Shown here piece after piece: positions 9,520 through 19,309 of a stretch of 64,000 bases of DNA. The notes beneath the pieces were generated by a model. The model did not search any database. It was not told the DNA's origin and saw nothing but the letters and a program-made list of their open reading frames with translations. The position numbers were made by a program, and so were the translations under genes. Every line of letters starts with the position of its first letter. Within the stretch, counting starts at the first letter, position 1. The DNA is from Candidatus Hydrogenedentota bacterium (GTDB lineage: Bacteria; Hydrogenedentota; Hydrogenedentia; Hydrogenedentales; SLHB01): positions 2,855 through 66,854 of the forward strand of contig JARKSN010000313.1 in NCBI GenBank assembly GCA_029974275.1. The letters run 5' to 3'.

Positions 9520-10572
9520 ATGCTCGAGACATTCCTTGAAAAAACCGCGGCCTGGTCCGCGGGCAACGGCCCTCAAGCCGAAATGACGGTGTGCACCCGA
9601 GGCGGGATCGTGCGCAACCTCGCCGATTTTTCGTTTCCGTGGCGCTGTTCCGACGACGAACGCGCCGCCGTGGCGGACCGCGTCGCGAATGCGATCAAGC
9701 GTTCCAGCCTCCTTCCGGGCAGCCAGTACATCCCAGTGGATCATGCCGAACCGCGTGAACTCCGTTTTCTTTTGGAGCGGCGCCTCATCACCGAAGACCT
9801 GATACGGGCGGAAGGCCCCCGCGGCGTGCACATCAGCGCCGATCAGGATTTGTGCGTCATGGTGAACGGGCTGCATCACCTCCACATTCAGGCAATCGCG
9901 CCCGGCCTGCAGCCGGAAGAAATCTGGAAACGCCTGAACCTGGCAGACGACCAACTGGCGCGCCGCCTCGACTATACGTTCGATTCCAACCTGGGATATC
10001 TCGGACCGGAGCTCGCGCGTCTCGGCACGGGCCTGCGGCTCAGCGTTTTGGTCCATCTGCCCGCGCTCGCGCTTGCCAACACAATCCGTTCCTTGACCCA
10101 ATCGTTGCGCGACCAGTGGCACCTCCTCGAGGGAGCCTTTGGGGGAACACACGAAGCCCGAGGCGATCTGTATTGGCTGTCCAACCAATCCACCTTGGGC
10201 CGATCCGAGGACGAGATTGTGTTTCACTTGGGCCACTTCGCCGGGATGATTCTTTCCCAGGAGCAAAGCGCGCGCGCCGTTCTTCAGGGCGAATCGCCGC
10301 GCAGTCTGGAAGATCGCGTGGGACGCGCGTGGGGCATGGCCCGCGGCGCCCGGTTGCTCGACTTCGACGAAGCGCTCGCCTTGCTGTCGTCGTTGCGGCT
10401 GGGACACGCCCTCGGCATGCTTGAGGGGTGCGCCGTGCACCAGTTCAACGATCTCCTCCTCTCCGCGCAACGCGCCCACATCGAGTCTCGCAGGGGACAC
10501 GATTGCGACGAGCTTGCCCTTGGCGCCGAACGCGCCGATCTTTTCCAAAGCCTGTTTGCCGCGCACGGCTAA
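9520..10572 (+). CDS. mcsB: Protein arginine kinase McsB (ATP:guanido phosphotransferase family)
   Basis: N-terminus aligns with the McsB family (RNLADFSFP). Phosphagen-kinase core motifs present: LGYLGPELARLGTGLRLSVLVHLPAL and the C-terminal catalytic region. Confidence 0.75.
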   Translation: MLETFLEKTAAWSAGNGPQAEMTVCTRGGIVRNLADFSFPWRCSDDERAAVADRVANAIKRSSLLPGSQYIPVDHAEPRELRFLLERRLITEDLIRAEGPRGVHISADQDLCVMVNGLHHLHIQAIAPGLQPEEIWKRLNLADDQLARRLDYTFDSNLGYLGPELARLGTGLRLSVLVHLPALALANTIRSLTQSLRDQWHLLEGAFGGTHEARGDLYWLSNQSTLGRSEDEIVFHLGHFAGMILSQEQSARAVLQGESPRSLEDRVGRAWGMARGARLLDFDEALALLSSLRLGHALGMLEGCAVHQFNDLLLSAQRAHIESRRGHDCDELALGAERADLFQSLFAAHG

Positions 10573-10679
10573 CCCGGATTTTTGCGAACGCCTTGTCCCG
10601 AATTCACGAGGTCTGCGCGAGCAAAGGGACTGTTTTCGCCTCGGTCGATGCCACGGCATGGGACATTTACGGAGCGGCC

Positions 10680-11906
10680 ATGAAACACGTAATCATCGTA
10701 GGCGGCGGCGCGGCGGGCATGACGGCGGCAATCATGGCCGCGCGCCATGGGGCGCGGGTCACCGTGATCGAACGCATGCAGCGCGTGGGCAAGAAGCTTC
10801 TCGCAACCGGAAACGGACGCTGCAACCTAAGCAACCGGCGCCTGGACGCGTCGCGGTATCATGGTCGGCGGCCTGGATTCGTCGCGGGCGTCTTCGCCCG
10901 GTTTGGCCTGGAAGACACCCTTGATTTCTTCGGCGCGCTCGGCGTGGAGTTCATGGAAGAAAACGAGGGCCGGCTGTTCCCCGTCAGTCAGCAGGCCTCG
11001 AGCGTGTTGGATGTGCTGCGGTATGAGATGACCCGGTTGGGCGTGGCCGAAGTCTGCGACACAATTGTCCAAACGGTCACATCCAAGCACGGCAAGCTCC
11101 GGTGCGTCTGTGGCAACGAGCAAACCTTCGAAGGCGACCGCGTGATCGTGTGCGCCGGCGGCAAGTCCTCCCCGAATCTCGGCTCCAACGGCGGCGGCTA
11201 TAAGATTGCCCAGGCCTTGGGTCACGCCATCGTCGAGCCCTTTCCCGCGCTGGTCCAACTCAAGCTCGACGCGCCCTGGCTCAAGCGCATCGCCGGCATC
11301 AGCGTTCCCGGCAGCGCGCACGCCTGGATCGATGACAATCTTCGGCGCACGGAAACCGGTGAAATTCTCTTCACGGAATACGGCGTCTCCGGCACGGCCA
11401 TCCTGTCGCTAAGCCGGACCATATCCGAATCCATGCTGCAGGGCCGATCCGCGCAGGTGCGGATCGATCTGTTCCCGGCGTTGACTCCTGGCGAGCTGAC
11501 GGCGCTCCTCCAGCGGCGTTGCGCCCACGCGCCCTTCAAGCCCATTGACTTCAGTTTTGTGGGCTTGCTCCACAAGCGTCTCATTCAGGCGGCGTTGCAG
11601 TCCGCCGGCATTCAGGACGTGCAGCGGCCATGCGGCGAACTTTCGAGCGACGAGATCGCCCGCATCGCGGCGACGTTGAAGGCATGGACGTTTCCCGCCA
11701 CCGGGACGCAATCCTGGATGTTCTCCCAGGTCACTGCGGGCGGCGTGGATGTGGACGAACTCGACCCCGCCACGCTCCAATCCCGCCTCGCGCCCGGCGT
11801 CTATTTCGCCGGCGAGGTGATCGACATCGATGGCGATTCTGGCGGCTACAATTTGCAATGGGCGTGGTCTTCCGGCGCGGTGGCCGGCATTTGCGCGGCA
11901 TCGTGA
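10680..11906 (+). CDS. HI0933-family NAD(P)/FAD-dependent oxidoreductase (BaiN-like flavoprotein)
   Basis: ATG preceded by a GGAGCGG RBS. N-terminal Rossmann motif MKHVIIVGGGAAGMTAAIMAARHGARVTVIE, then GRCNLSN and the C-terminal GEVIDIDGDSGGYNLQWAWSSG typical of the HI0933 family. The ORF-track start at 10428 is an upstream extension. Confidence 0.8.
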   Translation: MKHVIIVGGGAAGMTAAIMAARHGARVTVIERMQRVGKKLLATGNGRCNLSNRRLDASRYHGRRPGFVAGVFARFGLEDTLDFFGALGVEFMEENEGRLFPVSQQASSVLDVLRYEMTRLGVAEVCDTIVQTVTSKHGKLRCVCGNEQTFEGDRVIVCAGGKSSPNLGSNGGGYKIAQALGHAIVEPFPALVQLKLDAPWLKRIAGISVPGSAHAWIDDNLRRTETGEILFTEYGVSGTAILSLSRTISESMLQGRSAQVRIDLFPALTPGELTALLQRRCAHAPFKPIDFSFVGLLHKRLIQAALQSAGIQDVQRPCGELSSDEIARIAATLKAWTFPATGTQSWMFSQVTAGGVDVDELDPATLQSRLAPGVYFAGEVIDIDGDSGGYNLQWAWSSGAVAGICAAS

Positions 11907-12285
11907 CGCTGCCGGCATTTTCGCGCCGCGATCCTTCCCGAATCCCCCGATTCGCAAGGCCCAAAATATTGGCGTCACGAGATGGACGGGGCCGCCTTGC
12001 GGCTTGTGGAAAACGTGTGGATTGTTTGTCAATACCCAAAATTAATACTGGACCGCGTTTTAGAAATCGCATATTCAATATTTTATATACTTATTCATAA
12101 CTTCTTTTTTTGAAACGAGTTACAGTCATATGCCCATCCACAAGACGCCTCATTTGCATCGATATGTGTTTTGCGGCAAGTTAGGGATTTCCTAGAATGC
12201 CCTGTGGAAAACTTGCGATCCGGGGCTGCGGCTGACACCGCAATATATTGTGTCGGTCAGAAAAGCGACCGGAAACGGGCCGTTG

Positions 12286-13092
12286 TCAAGGCTGGGCGCT
12301 GCGGTTGTCGTATGGGTCGCTTGGCCTTTCGGGGCCGCCGCCCGCAAGCCGGCGCAGGTTCCAGAGTTTTGCGTATTTGGTGAAGACGGAAAAGGCGCCG
12401 AGGCCGCATAGAACCGCTCCGTGGTAGCCGTCGCGGAATCCCTGCTTGAGCAAATACATTTTGAGAAAGCGGCTGAACGGGCGCGCCGTGACGTCGAACA
12501 ACGTGGCGCGCTTTCCCGATTCGAACAGGTCTTGGGCTCCCCACGACGTGAAGCGCTGAAAGGTAGCGAAGTATTCCTCGAAATTGCGCTTGTCGTCGTG
12601 GTACATCACTTGGTCGATCCGGCCGATCGTTCCTTCCACGGCCACGCGCGAGTGAACGCGTCGCGCGAGGTATCGGCCTTTGGCCGTGCGAAAGAGCCGC
12701 AGATTGTAGTCGCGCTGCCACCCGCAATATCCGATGAGTTTTCCGAAGAAATACGATCGGCGCCGGATGAGGTATCCGTCGCAACTGGCCGGGTCGTGGA
12801 TGATGGTCCGGATGCGGGCGGCCAGCTCGTCGGACACCCATTCGTCGGCGTCTAGGACGAGGGTCCATTCGGTGTCGATTTGCGGGATCGCCCAATTGCG
12901 TTGGGCGGCGGCGTTGCAATATTCGTGAACGACGACATGCGAGGAGTGCCGGCGCGCGATCGCATCCGATCCGTCGGTCGTGTTCGGGTCGACCACGCAG
13001 AAGAGGTCGTCCGCCCACGCTACGCTCGCGAGGCAGCGATCAATTCGGTCGCACGCATTGGGCACCAACGTCAGGACGGTGATTGCGCTCAT
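12286..13092 (-). CDS. Family-2 glycosyltransferase (LPS-core/KdtX-like)
   Basis: MSAITVLTLVPNA...LFCVVDPNTTDGS...LVLDADEW: GT-A fold with DxD-like motif. Confidence 0.7.
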   Translation of the reverse strand: MSAITVLTLVPNACDRIDRCLASVAWADDLFCVVDPNTTDGSDAIARRHSSHVVVHEYCNAAAQRNWAIPQIDTEWTLVLDADEWVSDELAARIRTIIHDPASCDGYLIRRRSYFFGKLIGYCGWQRDYNLRLFRTAKGRYLARRVHSRVAVEGTIGRIDQVMYHDDKRNFEEYFATFQRFTSWGAQDLFESGKRATLFDVTARPFSRFLKMYLLKQGFRDGYHGAVLCGLGAFSVFTKYAKLWNLRRLAGGGPERPSDPYDNRSAQP

Positions 13093-13140
13093 CTTCGCGC
13101 GTTCCTTGCGGATCATGCCGCTCGTCGAGGCGGCGCGGCG

Positions 13141-14724
13141 TCATTCATGGCCGCGCGAACGCAACAACTTGTACTCGATGCTGTCCACGAGGGCCTTGTA
13201 CGAGGCCGAAATGATGTTTTCCGACACGCCGACGGTGTCCCAGGAGCATTCATTGTCCGACGATTCGATCAGCACGCGCGTCTTGGCGCGGGTGGCGGCC
13301 TGCGTGTCGAGAATGCGCACTTTGTAGTCTTCGAGGCGGATATCGGCCAGTTCGGGATAGGTCGGTTGAAGGGCCTTGCGCAACGCATTGTTCAGGGCGT
13401 CGACGGGGCCGTTGCCTTCCGCTGCGGTATGCATGATGGAGCCGTCGGGCAGCCCGATCTTGACGGTCGCCTCGCAGGTGGAGAGTTCGCCGGGATCGCG
13501 GCGATCGACGCTGACGCGAAATCCGTGCAGATGGAAAAACGTGCGGTAACGGCCCGTTCCCTGGAGCACGAGCAGTTCGAGGGATGCGTCGGCTCCCTCG
13601 AACTCGTAGCCCTCGTTTTCGAGGTCTTTGACGCGCTGCAGAATGTGCTTGGTTTCCGGCAGATCGCGATCGAGAACGATCCCCAGGTCCGCCGCTTTTT
13701 GGAGCAAACTGGAACGGCCCGACATCTCGCTGACGCTGATGTGGGTCCGATTTCCGACCCATTCCGGAACGATGTGCTCGTAACTGTATTTGACCTTGCC
13801 CACGGCGTCCGCGTGCATGCCTCCTTTGTGCGTGAAGGCGTCGCGTCCGACAAAGGGATCGGAATCGCGCGGGGCGGTGTTGGCCAATTCGGCGACCAGA
13901 TGCGACAGGTGCGTGAGGCGCGCGAGTTGTTCGGAGGTTACGACCTCGACGCCCATCTTGAGTTGCAGGTTGGGGATGACCGAGATCAGGTTGGCATTGC
14001 CGGTGCGTTCGCCGTATCCGTTGATGGTGCCCTGAACGTGGGACGCGCCTTCGTGCACCGCGCTGAGGGTGTTGGCGACCGCGCAACCGCTGTCGTTGTG
14101 CACATGGATGCCGACGGCGGCCTCTGGAATGCGTTCCCGGACCGTGCGGACGATGCGGGCAATCTCCCACGGCAGGCGTCCGCCGTTGGTGTCGCACAGG
14201 CAGAGCACTTCCGCGCCCGAGCGCCAGCCGCGTTCCAGGGCGGTCAAGGCGTATTCCGCGTCTTCCAGGAATCCATCAAAAAAATGCTCGGCGTCGAGAA
14301 ACACGCGGCGTCCCTGCGATACGAGATAGGCGACGGACTCGTCGATGAGTTTCAGGTTTTCGTCCAGGGTGACGCGGAGGATTTCCTTGGCGTGCAGCGG
14401 AGAGGATTTCGCGAAGATCGTGACGATTTCGGTGTCGGCGGCGAGCAGCGCCTTGGTGTTGGGGTCGTCCTCGACGGCGCAGCGCGGATGGCGCGTGCTG
14501 CCGAACGCCGCCATTTTGGCGGTGCGCAGATTCAAGTCTTTCGCGCGCGCGAACAGTTCCGCGGCTTTCGGATTCGAGCCGGGCTGTCCGCCTTCGACAT
14601 ACTGCACGCCCAAGGCGTCGAGTTCGCGGACAATCCGAAGCTGATCGTCGGCGCTGAACTTGATGCGCGGACCCTGGGCGCCGTCGCGTAGGGTAGTGTC
14701 GTAGAGTTCCACTTTTCTAGTCAC
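13141..14724 (-). CDS. cimA: (R)-citramalate synthase, LeuA family
   Basis: MTRKVELYDTTLRDGAQGPRIKFSADDQLRIVRELDALGVQYVEGG is the hallmark N-terminus of CimA/LeuA-type HMGL-like aldolases. Length 527 aa with the LeuA dimerisation C-terminal domain. Confidence 0.8.
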   Translation of the reverse strand: MTRKVELYDTTLRDGAQGPRIKFSADDQLRIVRELDALGVQYVEGGQPGSNPKAAELFARAKDLNLRTAKMAAFGSTRHPRCAVEDDPNTKALLAADTEIVTIFAKSSPLHAKEILRVTLDENLKLIDESVAYLVSQGRRVFLDAEHFFDGFLEDAEYALTALERGWRSGAEVLCLCDTNGGRLPWEIARIVRTVRERIPEAAVGIHVHNDSGCAVANTLSAVHEGASHVQGTINGYGERTGNANLISVIPNLQLKMGVEVVTSEQLARLTHLSHLVAELANTAPRDSDPFVGRDAFTHKGGMHADAVGKVKYSYEHIVPEWVGNRTHISVSEMSGRSSLLQKAADLGIVLDRDLPETKHILQRVKDLENEGYEFEGADASLELLVLQGTGRYRTFFHLHGFRVSVDRRDPGELSTCEATVKIGLPDGSIMHTAAEGNGPVDALNNALRKALQPTYPELADIRLEDYKVRILDTQAATRAKTRVLIESSDNECSWDTVGVSENIISASYKALVDSIEYKLLRSRGHE

Positions 14725-14757
14725 GATGAATCCTTTCCCGCCGGATTTCCCCGGACG

Positions 14758-15996
14758 TCAGCCCGCGTAGGCAGCCAACGCCTCCGGCGTGATGGTTTCG
14801 AGGCGAAGGAAGGCCGGCGTCAACCGGTGCCCTTCTCCAAGATACGCCTTCATGTGCCGCGCCTGTTCTTCGGAATAGCGCGTCGCAGCCCCCGGCATCA
14901 CCCCGGCCCCGCACATAACGAAAGGAACCGGGCCGCCGGCGTGCGTCTTGGTGGCAATGGCCGTGATATGGTCGGGCGCAACGAGCAGGCGAGCGTCGCG
15001 GCGCGCCAGCGTATAGTCGAGGCACGGCGCAACGACTTTTCCGTCAAAATCCTCGATCGCCTGAATCTTGAGGTCGATCCGGCCTTCGTGGGCGGTTTCG
15101 TCCGGAGCCTCGACGTGAACAAAGACGAAATCGGCGTCTTCCAACGAATCCAGCGCGGCGGCGACTTTGCCGGCGTAGTTGGTGTCGAGATATCCGGTGG
15201 CCCCGGGGACCCGGATGACGCGCAACCCCGCGCAGACGCCGATGCCGCGCACCAGGTCGACGGCGGAAATGACCGATCCGGAAAGGCCAAAACGCTTCGG
15301 GTAGGTTTCCATGCGTGGCGCGCAGCCTTGTCCCCATAGCCAGATCGCGGTGGCGGCGGGTTTTCCTGCGGCGGCGCGCGCTGCATTGGCGGGATGCGCC
15401 GCAAGCGCGGGACGACACCGATCGGCGATCTCGGCAAGCCATTCGGCGCCGGGGCCCTGGGGCAGGTGTGGCGCATACGGCTGCCCCGTGATATTATGGG
15501 GCGGCGTGCACGAAGCCCGGGCGAGATCGGCGATCAGCGCCTCGCCGGTCAAAATGGCCAGGTGGCGGTAGCTGACTCCGGCGTGAAAACGAATGGGCAG
15601 GCCGTCCACGGCGGCGTTCAAACTCGGAATGATCGTGGCGGCTTCTTCGGAGGTGATGTGCCCGGAGGTAAAACTCTCCATGACCCCGTCCCGCAGCGTC
15701 ACCAGGTTGCAACGAAACGCAATCTGATCGGGATCGAGCGCGATCCCCATGCTGGCAGCTTCCAGCGGGGCGCGACCGGTGAACGTCTGATGGGGATCAT
15801 AGCCGAAAAGCGAAAGGTTGCCGATGTCGCTGCCGGGGGGAAGGTCTTCCGGAATCGGGCAAAATTGCCCGACAAGGCCTTTGCGGGCAGCTTCGTCCAT
15901 GGCAGGCGTGGAGGCGGCGTCGAGCGGCGTGCGATCGCCCAGTTCGGCCAGTGGATAATCGGCCATCCCGTCGCCTATGAGGACGAGGTATTTCAT
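14758..15996 (-). CDS. apgM: 2,3-bisphosphoglycerate-independent phosphoglycerate mutase, archaeal-type (ApgM / cofactor-independent family)
   Basis: MKYLVLIGDGMADYP...FCPIPEDLPPGSDIGNLSLFGYDP...RCNLVTL matches ApgM metalloenzyme-family motifs. Start chosen at MKY; the ORF-track upstream extension is discarded. Confidence 0.75.
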   Translation of the reverse strand: MKYLVLIGDGMADYPLAELGDRTPLDAASTPAMDEAARKGLVGQFCPIPEDLPPGSDIGNLSLFGYDPHQTFTGRAPLEAASMGIALDPDQIAFRCNLVTLRDGVMESFTSGHITSEEAATIIPSLNAAVDGLPIRFHAGVSYRHLAILTGEALIADLARASCTPPHNITGQPYAPHLPQGPGAEWLAEIADRCRPALAAHPANAARAAAGKPAATAIWLWGQGCAPRMETYPKRFGLSGSVISAVDLVRGIGVCAGLRVIRVPGATGYLDTNYAGKVAAALDSLEDADFVFVHVEAPDETAHEGRIDLKIQAIEDFDGKVVAPCLDYTLARRDARLLVAPDHITAIATKTHAGGPVPFVMCGAGVMPGAATRYSEEQARHMKAYLGEGHRLTPAFLRLETITPEALAAYAG

Positions 15997-16193
15997 GGGT
16001 GACTCCGAAGGGGATACTCGCCCGGAAAACGGACAAACCGTCTTCCAGGCATTTCTATCGAATGCGAAAAACGATACCATAGGGCATGCGACAAGTCAAG
16101 AAAGGCCTGTGTTGGCAAGGGGTGGCAAGGCCTTAGGAGTCCTGGCGGCGTCGACCGAGGTGCCATGGGTAAAATAGACCCGCAAACATAAAT

Positions 16194-16835
16194 ATGAATA
16201 CAGATAAAAACAATTTTTTCTCTAACTCTTCCCTGCTTACGGGTGGCATCGTGCTCAACGAGGAAACTCGCGAAAGACTCCGGGCGCATTGCGCCTTGAT
16301 TCGGGAGTGGAATGAATACGCCGGCCTGGTTTCGCGCAGCGAGGTGGAAGCGTTGGAGGCCAATCATGTGGTGGACTCGTTGAGCTTGGCGCCGATTGTC
16401 AGTCGGTTGACCGAGGGCCGGGGAGAGTTGTTGGACATTGGAAGCGGCGGTGGATTTCCTGCGTTGCCTCTGAAGATACTCTTTCCCATGCTTCAGGTGG
16501 TCCTGGTGGAGCGGAGCGAGCGGAAGGTTGGTTTCTTGCGCGGCGCCGTGGGGTCGTTGGCGCTGGAGGGAGTCGAGATTGTGCGTGGGGAGTTTCCGGC
16601 GGCTGTGGCCGATCGGTCACCCCGGCTTATCACGGCGCGTGCCGTGGAGAGGCCCGAGCAGGTATACAAAAGGGTGATCGCCTTTTTGCCGGAGGGTTCC
16701 AGTTTTTTGTGTCAGTCAGGCGTTTCGATACGGCTTCCGCGATCGTTCCACGTGGAACATGTTCGGGATGTGTGGTCAGAGCAGGGGTGGCGCCGGGGCG
16801 ACTTGGACATTATTACCCGTGTGGGCGAAGCCTGA
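16194..16835 (+). CDS. rsmG: 16S rRNA (guanine527-N7)-methyltransferase RsmG (GidB)
   Basis: LIREWNEYAGLVS...LLDIGSGGGFPALPLKILFP...VLVERSERKVGFL are RsmG SAM-binding and family motifs. Confidence 0.8.
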   Translation: MNTDKNNFFSNSSLLTGGIVLNEETRERLRAHCALIREWNEYAGLVSRSEVEALEANHVVDSLSLAPIVSRLTEGRGELLDIGSGGGFPALPLKILFPMLQVVLVERSERKVGFLRGAVGSLALEGVEIVRGEFPAAVADRSPRLITARAVERPEQVYKRVIAFLPEGSSFLCQSGVSIRLPRSFHVEHVRDVWSEQGWRRGDLDIITRVGEA

Positions 16836-16880
16836 TCGGGCCGCGACATCGTTCCACGTGGAACAGGGAATGGGATTCAC

Positions 16881-17264
16881 ATGGCATCCATGGACATCGG
16901 CGCTCTTCTTGCCCAGGATTCCCAGCGTTTCTTCCTTATTGAGTTGGCGGGACTATTCTGGCTGGCGGCAGAGGGCGCTATCCTGGCCGTTGTCTTGGCA
17001 GCGCGGCGGCATGTACAGGAAAGGCCGCACGCTTCCCGCCTGCGGATCGATCACGCAGACGTACGGCGGATCGCCGGGGGCGCGGCGGCGATTGGGCTGC
17101 TCCTTGGCATCGTCCTCGCCCATAACGCTATCGGGAACCCGCACAGCGCCCTTCAGACCATGTCTCTCCCCCTCGGAACGGAGGAAGAAGCCCTTCTCCA
17201 GGGGTTATGGCTTCGGCAAGCGAGCCTTCATCACCTCATTTGGGTGTCGTTCTGCACGGGATGA
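16881..17264 (+). CDS. Hypothetical small membrane protein
   Basis: ATG ORF with two predicted TM helices (FFLIELAGLFWLAAEGAILAVVLAA; AAAIGLLLGIVLAHNAIG). No family recognised. Confidence 0.3.
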   Translation: MASMDIGALLAQDSQRFFLIELAGLFWLAAEGAILAVVLAARRHVQERPHASRLRIDHADVRRIAGGAAAIGLLLGIVLAHNAIGNPHSALQTMSLPLGTEEEALLQGLWLRQASLHHLIWVSFCTG

Positions 17265-17636
17265 GTGCTTCTCGAGGCAGCGATTGTGTATCACGGATGC
17301 CGGACCTATGGGGCTTTACGCCGTCTGCTGGGTAGCGCGCCGCCGCGAATGCCGGGATCGACGCCAATGGCAGGGGCGATTTTACTGGGGCTTGCAATCG
17401 GGATAGCGCTGACGTCACAGACATCCGAGGCCTTGGCGCCGGCGCTTGGAATGGCTCCTGCCTGGTACGTGAGCGCGCGGTTGCAGGATGAGCCCTTCCG
17501 GAACGCGGTGATGCTCTACCTGAGAGTCGCGGGAATCGTGTGGATATTCGTGGAATGGGTTGCCGCGTGGGCGCTGATCCGAAGCTATTCGCTTCTGCGA
17601 AGCGCCTTGCCGGAAAAAGGCTGCGCCAATGGGTGA
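17265..17636 (+). CDS. Hypothetical small membrane protein
   Basis: GTG start abutting the upstream stop (TGAGTG). Predicted TM helices (AGAILLGLAIGIALT; VAGIVWIFVEWVAAWALI). No family recognised. Confidence 0.3.
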   Translation: MLLEAAIVYHGCRTYGALRRLLGSAPPRMPGSTPMAGAILLGLAIGIALTSQTSEALAPALGMAPAWYVSARLQDEPFRNAVMLYLRVAGIVWIFVEWVAAWALIRSYSLLRSALPEKGCANG

Positions 17637-18009
17637 CCTCATTCGCTGGATAGGGGGCCACTTCTCTCCCGAGGCGTATCTTTTTTGGACGCGCATCCAG
17701 GCATCTGCGTGGACGGCCGCAGATGTGGTCATCATCGTCTTTCTAACCGCCAGCATCAATGCGTGCCGTCGAAGCATAGGCCGAAAGGCGCATGTCGTGC
17801 CGTATCTTCTGACCGCGCTCACGCTTATTCCGGCGGCCTATCTACCCGTCGCCCCGTCCGGCCAGGCCATCTTCCGGACCGAATTGATGGTCACGATGCC
17901 GCATTTCTTGATGATTCTCTATCTGCTGCTCGCGAACCTGGGGACTCTCCCTGCGGCGCTGGCAAAGGCCGTGCGCGGCAGGGCTCCCGAAAACATCAAT
18001 ACTAATTAA
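17629..18009 (+). CDS. Hypothetical membrane protein
   Basis: Overlaps the previous ORF by 8 nt. Three hydrophobic segments. No family recognised. Confidence 0.3.
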   Translation: MGDLIRWIGGHFSPEAYLFWTRIQASAWTAADVVIIVFLTASINACRRSIGRKAHVVPYLLTALTLIPAAYLPVAPSGQAIFRTELMVTMPHFLMILYLLLANLGTLPAALAKAVRGRAPENINTN

Positions 18010-18066
18010 CCCCGATACTATATATGGAATATTGTTCGGTCTATCCGGAGAGGCGCGCGGGGCGTC

Positions 18067-19113
18067 TCATGTGGAGCGCGGCAGGCCCGCGGCGGCCCAG
18101 GCGAACAACCGCCGCAACGCCCAATTGCTGCGGCCGCACAAACGCGAGGCCAGCACGACGGCCTTGACGGTGCGCCGCGAAATTTTCACGTCGGCGCCGG
18201 AGACGAAGTCGCGTTTCCGGTCGATCTGGCGCAGCGTCAGCACGGCCATGCCCAGCGCCCACAGACAAAACTGGCGTATGCCTTGTTCCGATCGCGGAAT
18301 GAGGAGGGTGTAGTCGAGCGCGTTGCGCAGGTGTCCGTGCGCCGTTGCAATCACATGCCCGAGGCCCTTTTCGAAGGCTTCGTCGCGTTGCTCAGGCGTA
18401 AGGCGGCTCAGATCGAACCCTTCCCGGCGAAAGATCGATGCGGGCAGCCAGCAGACGTTGCGCCTTTTGTCGTCCCACACGTCCTTGAGAATGTTCGTCA
18501 TTTGCAAGCCTTGTCCGAACGACACCGCCAAGGCCTTGAGCGCGGCGCGCTTTTTGGCGATGGACGGCGAGTGGTGGCAAAAGAGATCGGTCAACATTTC
18601 GCCCACAACACCCGCGACGTAATAGCAGTAGTCGTCGAGGTGTTGCTGATCGTCGAGGCCGTGGGCGAACGCGCCTTCTTGAAAGCGCGCCATGCCTTCC
18701 GCCATCACCCGCACGCACCGGGCGATCGCGGCGCGGTCTTCCGGCGCGAAGGCATGCGTCAGTCCAACCACCGCCGGCGTATGGGCGACAAGGTCGCGCT
18801 CGGCGTCAAGGACTCCTTCGATCAGACGGGGCGCGAGTTCCGCCGCGAAGCGTTCCGGCGACTCGCGCTCCGCCACGACGTCGACAAAACGCTCCGCAAA
18901 ACGACGCTTCTCGTCTGGATTCAGGGAAACGCAATCTTCAATCGTGTCGGCAATCCGGCACAGAAGGTACGCATTGCCGACGACGATGCGCACCGACTCC
19001 GGCAATTGCGGGATCGTGAGGGCAAACGTGCGCGAAACGCCCTGCAGCGCGGCGCTCTGGTAGGCGAGCGCCTCCTGAAACGGCACAGGCTGATTTTGGC
19101 TCTGCAACGACAT
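18067..19113 (-). CDS. Squalene/phytoene synthase family protein (HpnC/HpnD/CrtB-like)
   Basis: VSRTFALTI, the first Asp-rich motif ADTIED, YCYYVAGVVGEM, and the second Asp-rich motif ILKDVWDD are diagnostic of trans-isoprenyl diphosphate synthase head-to-head enzymes. Confidence 0.75.
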   Translation of the reverse strand: MSLQSQNQPVPFQEALAYQSAALQGVSRTFALTIPQLPESVRIVVGNAYLLCRIADTIEDCVSLNPDEKRRFAERFVDVVAERESPERFAAELAPRLIEGVLDAERDLVAHTPAVVGLTHAFAPEDRAAIARCVRVMAEGMARFQEGAFAHGLDDQQHLDDYCYYVAGVVGEMLTDLFCHHSPSIAKKRAALKALAVSFGQGLQMTNILKDVWDDKRRNVCWLPASIFRREGFDLSRLTPEQRDEAFEKGLGHVIATAHGHLRNALDYTLLIPRSEQGIRQFCLWALGMAVLTLRQIDRKRDFVSGADVKISRRTVKAVVLASRLCGRSNWALRRLFAWAAAGLPRST

Positions 19114-19309
19114 GAACGCCCCGAAACAAAACAGAAAAATCCATTATGCCGTGCAATCCGGCAACGTGCGATCCGCATCATAGTATCCGCACGCCCCACG
19201 GGGCTCAACTTCGTGACGCCCCACGAATGCGCCGCCCGGCGCAGGTGTTATCATCGAGAAAGGCGATCGTCTTTGCATGGCAACCCATAGACGCCAGGAG
19301 GAGGCCCGC

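Noticed and set aside
9097-10659. 520-aa minus-strand ORF opposite mcsA/mcsB
   Set aside because: The plus strand encodes recognisable McsA/McsB. The antisense translation is Arg/Gly-rich junk.
12880-14691. 603-aa plus-strand ORF opposite cimA
   Set aside because: cimA on the minus strand has the unmistakable LeuA-family N-terminus. The antisense frame lacks any motif.
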